DNA of 64,000 nucleotides from Pocillopora damicornis (taxonomy: Eukaryota): the NCBI RefSeq assembly GCF_003704095.1, contig NW_020846078.1:248001-312000 (forward strand). The letters are read 5' to 3'. Of the stretch, positions 1 to 10,700 are shown one piece after another (position 1 is the stretch's first letter; each line of letters begins with the position of its first letter). A program made the position numbers and the translations under genes. The notes below the pieces were generated by a model that saw only the letters and a list, made by a program, of their open reading frames with translations, searched no databases and was not told the DNA's origin.

Positions 1-28
1 TCTTGTAAACAATGGTCAGGTAGGTTAG

Positions 29-553
29 GTCTGTACTCAAGTAAAGTAGCCCATCTAATTGAAGCTTATTCCAGTTTTCACAGCATGAAGTGCAACTACA
101 GTATTGTGCAAAAGTTATGCAAATGCCTGTCAAGGAATTTCAATGAAATTGTTCCTTTTTGACAAATTTTGGACCAAAACAAAATTTGTGCCACATTTGG
201 CAAATTTTTGAGGCAGCTGTTGTTTGAATTCATCTGAAATTTTGCAGATCAATTCACTGGAAATGTTAATGAATCTTGAAATTTTTAGGGAAAGTTTCTT
301 CCAAGGAGTATTACACCCCCCTTCCCCTGGATTGGATGCTAGTCTATTGAAAGGTTACCCCCCAGCATTTGATCAGGCTTTCCTGAAAATTTACCAGTAC
401 CCATTTATACTCCTGGGTCAAGAGAGGCATTGTGAAAGTAACCTGTTTTGCCTAAGAACCTAACATAATGACCTGGCCAGGTTTTGAACCCAGACATCTT
501 GACATCTTGACATCCACCACACTTGCATGTGCGACTAGGCCACAGTGTCTCCA
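29..553 (-). mobile_element. tRNA-derived SINE-like element, interrupted by an unrelated ~200-bp segment (~100-302)
   Basis: The reverse complement of 400-553 reads as a tRNA-like head (gtggagacactgtggcctagt...gggttcaaaacctggccaggtcattatgttaggttcttaggcaaaacagg), followed by a CORE-like body. The tail resumes at 29-99. Recognised from recalled anthozoan SINE patterns. Confidence 0.6.
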
Positions 554-556
554 CTT

Positions 557-768
557 TTAACCCTTTGACCCTTAAGAGTGACCCGCATCTAATTTCTCCT
601 TACAATATCACCCCTGAATCACACATTAAGGTCATGAGAATAAAGAAGGTGATCACTAACCAAAGACTCTCTTGATTGTTAAACTCATTCTCCGTGTCAG
701 CGCCTTTGGAATTGTACAGAGAACAGTATGGAGAAAGTGCATACTGATGTAAGGGTGTAAAGGGTAAA
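557..768. mobile_element. piggyBac-like MITE (~210 bp)
   Basis: Starts TTAA-CCCTTTGACC and ends GTAAAGGG-TAAA. The internal sequence is shared with other copies in the window. Confidence 0.7.
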
Positions 769-1003
769 AACATTAGGGTATGCTCATGTGAATGTTATTC
801 TTTAGCATGCTATCAGTACCTCAAACTATTATTTCACTTACATTTCTACTAAATGGTATTTCAATTTTTAAGTCTTCAAAATATAAAAACTATTAAACAC
901 ATTATTTGAACATTAATATTTATGTATAATTACTTCATGAAAATTATTAGGTATTATTAAATATGTGACTATTAATCCTTTGCACTTTTATCGTCTTTTT
1001 CAG

Positions 1004-2021
1004 AAGTGGAGGCCATTTTGTAACATGTATGAAGGAAAGATTGATGATTTCAATTTTGCAACATTGTTGAGGTAAAATATTTTTCAGCTACAGTTTTTTC
1101 AGTAGAAATGTGGGCACAAATTTCATTATATTTCTATTTTTCTCCTTAGAATTGACTGTGCTAAAGGTTATGAAGAAGAAAACACTATCTTAGGTAAGAC
1201 AACACTCAACCAGTAGGAGGATAGTGAAGGAAATGGAAATATTTGCTACAAACCTGCTAAATCCTTTAAGTCCCAAGATCAAATAAGTTATTCTCCCAAC
1301 TGCCTGCCTTACATTTCCTGGTAGATTAGACAGGAGAATTCAATTCATCTAGTAGATAACACCCTGTAGCTGATAAGCTTGTCTGTTCTCATAACTTTGT
1401 TGCAAGATAACATATTGGAATTGCAATGAGTAGCTGCAAGTTAATCACTGGTGGGAGGTACATTCATTTTGTGGTATTTTTAAGTTGTCTTTTCCTAGAT
1501 TTTCAACTTCATAGCTTTTTGTATGGCAGAAAATGTAAAAAAGTTAAAAGAACCTTTAAGATATTTACACTTAGTTCAGCACTTTCTGAAGGTACTTTTT
1601 TATCATGGTGGTCATGAATCAAAAGTGATGAAGTTTTCATTTAACTCGCTTGAATGTGATGTTCAATTACTACAAGCACTCACAATTTCATTGCACATAC
1701 TGTGGAATAAAGAAAAATTATCAAAATATTACAAAATTCTGTTCAAAAAAATGGATGGAAAATTGAAGGTTAGGGTCAGGATATCATTCGTAGGTTTTTA
1801 ATTTATAATTTTTTTAAATTTGCATTATCTGTTTTCTCAGCACTGTAATGTTTTCCACATTTTGAAGCCCAACGGTTATTTTATTCACTTTCCCGCTCAT
1901 AGTTACAAGGATCCAGTTCTACGCAATTGAGATTGCACGAAATAGACGGGGTCTGAACAAGCCTCTATTGGAGAAGTCTTCTGATGCTCAACCCAGTGCA
2001 CAGGAAAGCCAAGGAAGATAA
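1004..2021 (+). CDS. PBDC1: PBDC1 (polysaccharide biosynthesis domain-containing 1), last three coding exons; 5' part lies upstream of the window
   Basis: Exons 1004-1071, 1150-1193 and 1903-2021 have AG/GT boundaries and join in frame. They translate to KWRPFCNMYEGKIDDFNFATLLRIDCAKGYEEENTILVTRIQFYAIEIARNRRGLNK...*, matching the family motifs KWRPFC, TLLR and RIQFxAIEIARNR. Confidence 0.93.
1258..1458. mobile_element. Degenerate piggyBac-like MITE in a PBDC1 intron
   Basis: taaatcctttaagtcccaagatcaaataagttattctcc...tcactggtgggagg resembles the 54209-54419 copy. Confidence 0.5.
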
Positions 2022-2339
2022 CATCACCTTGTAAAACATAGTGTATTGGTTCAGAGCATGTTACTCTTGGTGTAATGTATATGATATAGTAGGCTGGGGG
2101 TCACATCATTCAGTTTTTATTTGCCAAATTGGTTGCCATGAAACATTACAGCTGTGGTTACTCTAAGGTAGCGCAGTTGTTGTTGTACATTGATAATCAT
2201 TTAATGGATATGAGTATGAGCGCTGGAATCAAAATTTTAACTAACAGACCCTCCTAAAAAATATTCCTGAAAATTAAAACTAGGTAACATTGAACTTCAA
2301 GTTAGCTAAATAAGAATCCTAAGTATGTGATAAATTTTC

Positions 2340-2680
2340 CTTCCATTTTATTGGCTAGGAGCCCGCCAGTAAGAACTTGTTAATAACTGCTCACAGATAC
2401 TGGCCTGCTCATGCGTAAAGCTGTATGTTCTGCTCATGCGTAGTTGTGTCCACGTTCCTCTGGTCGCTTCCTGAGATTTCAGAGGGTGATTTGCTCAAAA
2501 TTATTAAGAAAAGACAAACTTGGGGATAGAGTGATTAAAAAATTATTGAATTTAGGTATTGCAAATGTTGCGATTGGTGTGTGTCTTGCGATTAATTTTG
2601 TCATCCTTCGATTTGGCGAAATATTCGTCTGCTCGCTGCTTACATATCCTACTTCTCAACGTCATCGAAGAAATTTTCAT
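2340..2680. repeat. Degenerate interspersed repeat
   Basis: The motifs attggctaggagcccgcca...ctgctcatgcgtaa...aaacttggggatagagtgattaaaaaattattgaa resemble a recalled coral repeat family. No coding signal. Confidence 0.4.
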
Positions 2681-2711
2681 TGTTTGGGCATCCATCCAAA
2701 ATTTGAATCTG

Positions 2712-3200
2712 CTTCTTGGTACCTAGAAATCCAAGAGCATTGGCCATAGATCAAAGGTGTGTCTCTTCAAAATCAATATGCTAAGCACCCTCTTAGTGGA
2801 TCAGAAGCCTAGAAGATGACGAAGACCATCAGCCACAAGCTGGACGTCTTCCAGAACAGATCCCTGCGGAGAACTCTCCGCATATTTTTGGCCTAACACC
2901 ATCTCCAACAATGAACTGCACAGAAGAACGGGCAGAGAACTCATCACCCAGCCGAGAGGAAGATGGAGACTAATCGGCTACGCGCACCGAATACTTTTGT
3001 TATTCCTACCTAACGTCGCCCTCCGATGGACGGCCGACGAAAGAGAGACTTTCCCAAGGAAACTTGGAGAAGACGCATAGAAAGGGAAATGAGTGACAGA
3101 GGCTGGACACGGAGGCAGCTTGACTAAGTGACAACCGACAGAAATCAATGGCTTTTTCTGACCGAGGCCTTAGGTGCATAGACCTACGAAGAGGACTTAC
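2712..3200 (+). mobile_element. 3' remnant of an RTE-like non-LTR retrotransposon (C-terminal to RT), with stops and frameshifts
   Basis: Broken translation LFKINMLSTLL-GSEA*KMTKTISHKLDVFQNRSLRRTLRIF/WPNTISNNELHRRTG...RGRWRLIGYA...PKETWRR matches the typical RTE-clade pattern LLYGSETW...LRRILRIFWPxxISN...RWRWIGH...GRPKETWRR. Confidence 0.85.
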
Positions 3201-6200
3201 CAATGTGGTTTTTCAGACGTAGAAAAAATTAATGCTAATGAATTAAAACACACACATATATTTGAATTATCAGCTATGTATACTTTGCCACCAGTCATAC
3301 AATTGTCCCTTGGCGGGAACATTTGCATACCTTGATAACTTCATGGAAATCTTCCAGTGAGTTTATTCGCCTAGAGCATATTAATTAATCTCATACAATA
3401 CAGGTGGCTGGATTTGAGCGCAGAAAATTGAATTTACCTGAAAACTGAAATTTTCAACAAGTAATCAACTGATCTCTTTTGCAGTTTGAAATAGCTGGTT
3501 TCAAATCTTCATCACGTGCCATTCGAATCATTTCTTCTTTGCTATTTCCCCTTCGCCCAAACTCTTAGTCGTTATATTTGAAAAGGATCAATCTTTCGGT
3601 TGATTATCCAGTGAATGTAAGATTTTAGATGTATCATGAGTCTAATGTTCCATAGCAGATTCTATTATGATTTTTCTTGAGGAGTGCTCCCATTACGCGA
3701 CGGTATGTTGTCGTTAGCTAGAGTATTTCATGAGGTAAAGGAATGTCACGTGAGACACAGCGTTACGTTCTTTGTCCTATCGTCATTTGCGGCACATTGG
3801 CCGAGGAATGGTGCGTTCAAGAGGTTTAGGATGACAAGGGGGGTCGGGAGGATGGGGTGGTGAAATTGAATTTTAAATAAAAGTCACGGAAACGCGAGGA
3901 GGTTTTTTTCTCTCGGAGGATTACTTTATTTCCTCTGGAAAATCTCTCGGCTTATAAAACACAAAATGAATTACACAAGGATTAAATAGGCGGTTTGCTT
4001 TTCGACGAAACATGCTGAATTTGATAGATTTTCTCGAAAAAGCTTGTAGAGGGTGTTTCCCTTTGTTTTCGTTCCAAACTCCCGTGATCTTTGGCCCAGT
4101 TACAATACCACCCAAAATAAAAATAAAAAAATGAAAAAAAACTTCAGCATATATATGCTTACACTCTTGGTTTACTTCCAACGCGGAGATGGTGACCGCA
4201 CGCAGTTCTTTTACTGCTTCACGGTAACTGCAGACAGCCAGAAGGTAAGGAATACATTACTATTAATAGCTGTCAGGTCACTAAAAGTATTGTTTGATCC
4301 ACACTCAATCGCTAAGATTAAAACCACGATATCTGAAGAGCCAATATTGATGCATCTTGTTTTGGTTAAGCAATAGCCATGTAGTGTATGTTCATACACT
4401 TACTTTCGTGCAGGAGGAAGCTTTTTCCTTCTCTTATTCCATTTCGGTGACATTTCACTGAGTTGATTGAACACTAGACTTTCGATTTCATTGAGACGTG
4501 TCGTCTTGAGTAAACAGGAATCTAAGTGAAGTTTCGATCACGTTTGTATTAATATAAAGCGCGCTTTCGACCATACCAAGGCCTTAGTCACCTCGTTATT
4601 CTTCGATATGCATTCCACGAGGGTCAACCTGGAAACTTTTTCCTCTTTTGTTTGTTGTATTTCACCATGTAGTTTACTTTTTTGTTTCTTTTTAGAATCT
4701 AAATTGAAGGTTTCCTATAGTTTTTTAACGATATTGGACGATTGCATAAGTATTAGAAAGCGTGACTTGGCAATCTTTCTACTTTAAGAAACTAACGTTT
4801 AAAACCAACACCCCATTGAGTTATTTAGTTTGCAGGGTGAAGATTACTAAGATTTCTACAAAGCGTTTCGTGAAAAATTGGATGGCCTGCGTTTTTGTTC
4901 AAGATATTAGTATACATATTTAGATAACCGAGTTTTACAAGTATTGTTTTCAGTGGACTTGTTTCGACTCTTGAAGATTTGGTTTTCGATTTTCGATTCC
5001 TGATGACGTAAAATCTAATAGTGGTAATGGGAAAATTAATTGTCAAGTCGTGACCTAATCACGCTGTCTTTTCCATAAGGCGTTTTTCACAGCGTTGCCT
5101 GTGCTGGCATGGAAATTACCAGGTTAATCAGATGGAAGAAAACTTTTGAACAGAATAGTAGATTTATGTTTGGGAAACCGAAAATCGTCAATGAGGAAGT
5201 GAAACTCATCAGAGGTACTTTCCCGAGGAAGGGAATTTATAACCAACATATACGACAGTCACACAATCGAATGCATTAGATCAGCAATATCGAAACTGAA
5301 AAATCACCGAAGTTCGAAACACCCTTGATGATGTAAGCGCCGGGCTGAGTTCCAAATGCTATGATGTCGAGTTTCAGGAGTATTACATCTTAGAATTGTC
5401 GACCAAACGCGGAGTCGGAAAATTTACCATCACTCGAATTTATACGCAGGTAAGCTTCGATGTAAATTATTTCGGCGCTGTCTTCTGATCTTAAAAACGA
5501 CGCGGTTTGGTTGAAGGGGGTTTTCTATGATTAACTTCCTTTTCTGGGGCCGAAGTTTCGATTTCCACCGAGGGGATGAATGTTCTGAATGATTCTGATA
5601 CAAACCTGCAACTAAACTGAAACAGTGTGTCCAAGAAAATGCCGCTAAACAAACGAATAACTGTATAACGTGGCAGAAATACTATAAATATTCCACTGGT
5701 ATTTTTTTTGTGTTACATGCGATATTGAATCTTGGCGGAAGTGATGTACTCAGTGTCAGCTAAACGCAAAGAGAGACAACAACAGTTTTTTTTTCTGTCC
5801 CTTTTACAAATGGTTTTGTTTTTTGTTTTTCGTTTAAATTGTATTTCTAGTTTAATGCAATTTTTTCTGACGTAGTTTCAATGAAGTCAGAAAGTTATCG
5901 TAATTTAAATACCGTTTGTTGTCAAACCTAACATGCAAATATGTCTTGCAGAATTTACATGCCACGCGTCACAGACCTTTGCAAAATATTTACTTTCTCC
6001 ATCAGGACGATTTATATTTATAATTTCGGGTAAATTTGTGTCACCTTTAACTCAAGAAAGTTGTTTAACATCGTTAGTATGTAAAACTGAAATCAAAGCC
6101 GCCCTAACCTGGTGAGCAACTTTTCACAAGTTTACTTTGGAGATACAACGTAGAAAAATATAGCGAGTGCTTCATAGACAAGTTTCCTCGTCAGGGAGAA

Positions 6201-6407
6201 ACTGAACTGTTCATTGCTTTTTGAACAAGGTGACTTAACGCTGAAAAACCTTTCAAGGACGAAATTTTAGGTGAAGTGGATAACATGACCAAATTGCTGA
6301 ATTCAGTCATCACCGATTAGCTTTCCAGTGTAATTGAGCCTGAATGCGGTTAAACTGTGCAGGATTCGTATCGCTATTAATGATTTCTGTGAAGCCGTAA
6401 TGTATGT

Positions 6408-6763
6408 AGGGACCTTAGGCAGTCAGGACAGCAACGCCGATAAAGTCTTCGACTAGGAAATGAATTTATATTTTTAGTAAGAGTTTCACAAATGGCTGGA
6501 TGTGTTTCACTTCTCTTAGGCGGCGCCACAGCTCAACTTCAGCATAACGTTTGTTAGCAGCAGTAAGATCCAAATGGAAACTTAAACAATTTTCCGCCGG
6601 GTTTTCGTTCTCAAACCACGTAAACTTCGGTGATTTCACGTTGTTGTTTTGCAGAGGACGACTTAAAAATGTACTTAGTTTTAAAAAGCACGTGCTAAGC
6701 TATTGTTTTGCTTATTAGCTCTTTTGTTTTGCCACGTCCTTCTTGCCGTCGCTTAAGGTCCTT
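6408..6763. mobile_element. Non-autonomous TIR element (MITE, ~355 bp)
   Basis: Imperfect terminal inverted repeats agggaccttaggca...gacagcaacg and cttgccgtcgcttaaggtcctt; non-coding interior. Confidence 0.6.
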
Positions 6764-7406
6764 TGTATCAGCTCAAATAGATAGCGGACGTTCCCGTGTT
6801 TTCGTTGCAACAAGAAAAAAAGGTCTAATGTGGAGACTCGGGAACAGCTATAGAGACTACAATACTGAAGTTATAGAAAAGATTTCTTTACGGGTACAAT
6901 CTTAAATTTCTATCGGACAGAGGAGTTGTTCCGACTTAGGAACGTGGTTAAACTTAGTGGTTTGCGTTATTTCAATACTGAATCGAGGAGAGTCATTTTC
7001 AAATTGACTGAATCATCGCTGGCTGTTGCACGTAGCTTCTTTTTAATCTTTTTATCTGTTATAACTCGTGATTAATTTGACATTTTTCCCGGGTTTTCCC
7101 TTCGCACGATTCACTGAGTGAATGGCATGGTTTTCTATATTTAATTTGATGGAATATCGGCGGGCCGCTCTTGGCCTAAGGACAGAAAACTCCTTGGCTA
7201 GTATAGTTGGTTCTTCATGGATTTATTTAGTTTGATTTTCATTAACTAAAAAGCAACTGCTACGATATCATATACTAAGACAACCATACTCGAAAATTTG
7301 TTGTATATACAACTAAATGTTGTCTTTTTTAGTTCAAGGCCTGAATAAATGCTTTATATACTATGTGGTCACAAGGTTCTTGAATATCTTCCTCTCAAAT
7401 AGCCTG

Positions 7407-7633
7407 TAACCCTTTCCATCTTACCTTTCGCTTTCATATTCTCTGCACTGTATCTTTATATTCCCTTTGATACCGATAAGGATAATTAGGATTATTTGTT
7501 TAACCGTTAAGAGCTTCCTAAATTGGTGATAATTTTCGTTATTCTCATGAACTTTACATTTCCTGAGAGGGAATTAATGTAAGGAGAAATTAAAAGCCCA
7601 TCACTCTTAACGGTCAAAGGTATAAAGAGTTAA
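7407..7633. mobile_element. Degenerate piggyBac-like MITE
   Basis: taaccctttccatc...gtaaggagaaattaaaagcccatcactcttaacggtcaaagg is the reverse-orientation relative of 557-768. Confidence 0.55.
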
Positions 7634-7735
7634 AATCATTTTCTTTGCATGAACCACAAAAATTACTATCTGGCTATTTACATGTTTTTTTGTTTACACG
7701 TATCATGTGTTTTTTTCTTATTAGCGTGGAAAAGT

Positions 7736-10700
7736 ATGTCGAACTCATCCAATCAGCCCGCGTATCAACGTTTTGATACAGCAGAGATTCTGGCAGAATT
7801 CCTGGGTAAGATACTACAGAGATGTTAGTCAGTCTTTTGATCCCAGAATAACGATTTTATTTTACACAATAAAACCGTTATTGCAGTTCAGAGGCTGAGA
7901 AAAGGACAATATAAAGGGGAACATGGGTGCTTTTATCTCTTTTAGCTAATCGTATTTCCGTACTTATTTCCAAGCCAACTCCATCCCTCTGACATTTTTT
8001 TTCCTTGCCAATTGTGCGATATACCTCATGTAGAGGATTATTTAGCCCTCTACAGAGATTCTGATGGTCGTCAAGCTGCATAATCGAGTTTATTCGCTAT
8101 GCCATGTGAGGCTGTAGCTTGAAATCTTCATTTCAAAACTGGGACTATTCCTTCGAGAAGATGAAAAACGACGGCTGAAGTAAATATGTTAATTACATCA
8201 TAATTTGTGTTTCAAGCCTTTAACCAACAAAACTGGACAGTGTTTCATTTAGCTGTTTCGTTTTGCTCTCTTGCATTCAGCATTGAACCAGGCACTTTTT
8301 CCTATGGAGTTCAGGTATAGGGCCCGAGTCTAGTTTCACGAAAGCGAGGCTAGTTAGGCCGTTGACCAATGAAAGCTCAAGGCTTTACTACACGTGACGT
8401 GATTGGCTGCTGCGACTGACGTGATAGCACTGTTTCTTCGAACTATGACAATACTAAAATATGATTAATTCAATGATGTCTTCCATAGTTTTTGTAGCGG
8501 TTCGAAAGTCGACAGTAAACATCTTAAAGCTTTCTATTCGTGACTTGTATTATTATTCGGTTTGACATTTACACCCAAATATCCGTCACTGGATTTCAAA
8601 CTCTGGATCATTAGTTTAGCTTTGGATTTAAAGGGTGTAGAACGGAAAACAATGAAAAACCTCTGCATGGCTTTAGGTCAGTGGAGGAAATTGGCTGAAA
8701 GGTGCCATTTTTTGCTCACCCTGCTTTCTTGTCCTTTCCGTTAATAGCCGGAGAGTCTGGTACAAAACGAAGGCTGGTTAAAGAAGAAGGCTGAAAATTA
8801 GTGTAAAGTCAATATTAATGCTCGATTCGAAGTGAGCTACCGATAAAGTCAACTATGAGACATAGATATGTAACCATATTTTTTGGAACAGATAGGAATA
8901 ATATATTATTTGTACGGATGTAAAAGTATGAGGGGAATTTATTCTTAACTATTGTTGATTATTTTTACCAACTGTCCATGATATCTTTTTTTTATTCTCA
9001 TTTTAGACTCTCCTTCGGATCATCATAACTTGGTTACTACGGACTCTAGCCCTGTTGTATCGCCCAACTTTCTATCACAGCTAGTAATGCATAATGAACC
9101 ACAATACCTCAACCCCCTTCAGCCTGGTTGCCCCTCACCGCCAGACAGCGAAAGAACAAACACACCTTCTCCCTTTGCAACTCACACCGTTCAAACACAC
9201 AATACCCTCCCAGATGGGAACTTCGTTTGCGAACCCCTTATTCCGAGTGCTGGACCGTCCGGTGCGGATTTACGAGCGCCTTGTCAGTACCAGACTTTCA
9301 GCCTTCCGCGTGATCGTGTAGGAGGAACCAATTTTGTCCGATACTCAGATAGAAGAGTTCAGGTGACCCATGCCCATTGCAATGAAGCGAATATCAAGAT
9401 CCTTAATCCGCGGGCAGAATACGACAAAGTGCAGAGAAAGCACGGACATAGAGGGAAATTTTCAGAGCAAAGAGTAGCAAAAGGAAAGGTAGGGCTGAAG
9501 CCTTTTCTCGCGACAGTGCAAACCTGAGATTTGTTTTTTGATCGATCAAAAACTACAATCTGATTGGGTATGCTACTCGCTATCTATTACGTGGTAGATA
9601 GTGGGTAAATTAAGTGAGTAGAATAACGGTGTGCGGTTATAGACAAAATTAAAATAAAACCACGGCCCTGTCTCCTTGTTAAGTTTTAAACAAACAGCAG
9701 ACTTGAATACTATAACAAGTACTTTTTTCTGGTGATTTCTATTTTTTTTTCAGGCTTCGTCCTCGTTAGCTATTTAGCAATAGAAATCTCGAGTTGATGA
9801 GTTAATTGTTTTGAAAATATGCAGTGGTAAAAATTGTTGCCAAGCACTGTTTCAATTTTTTTGATAACAAGCTTGACAATTCTGGCTCAATGTGGCTCTC
9901 AATAAGTTCTTTTTAGGGTTCATTTTTGGCTGATTTCAGGTTGAGATGGAAATAGACACACAGCTGCCTCTTCGTCAACTAGAAGTTTATGTGTTGCGTG
10001 ATTTTGAAGCTGAAAAGAAGCTCTACAGTAAAGACCCAAAAGCATACGGAGTAGGAGAGATACGATTTCCTGAGAAGGATGTCCAAGAAATGAATACTCT
10101 TGGTACGTACAGATCAGTAACTACCGCGCCAAATGCTTTGCAAATACAGGGGCGAAATTTATTGAGATCCTTGATTGCTTATTTCGGTCAAAAATCGACT
10201 GAGTTAGAGTACTCAATTCTCCATCGATGAATTATCCCAAAAGTTACTCTTTCCCTGATCTCTCGGGTGAAACTCGCACATTGCCTCTTGGATGAAGAAT
10301 GAACAAAAATCTCATGGGTAATCTGCAGTAGTAAATTTGTAGCATAGCATTGGATATTTTCAAGGAGATCCCTCAGGTATTTGGAAATATTGTTAATCAA
10401 AGTTATCTAAAATGACTGAATATGGTTTATCTTAAGAATGAGGAGTCTACGGGGGATTCAGGCGTAGTGCTGTACCTTGTTTTCTCGCATTCTGTATGGA
10501 TCCACTTTTGGTTCTACTTTTGCTTCCGATTGGTTGAGTGGGTTAAGCAAGGGTCCTTAACTGATCAATGATAGTTGAAAAGCAAAACCAATGCGATCTC
10601 GCATTATATGAAAATTACTGTACTGGTGGTGGTGAAAAGGCTTCAATATGTAAATCTTAAAACATTTTCTCTCAGGTCAAAACTCCAAGTACGTTTGCAA

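Noticed and set aside
8360-8430. CCAAT and CACGTGACGTG cluster as an ER-stress element
   Set aside because: Spacing does not match ERSE (CCAAT-N9-CCACG) or ERSE-II, and the segment is probably part of an interspersed repeat.
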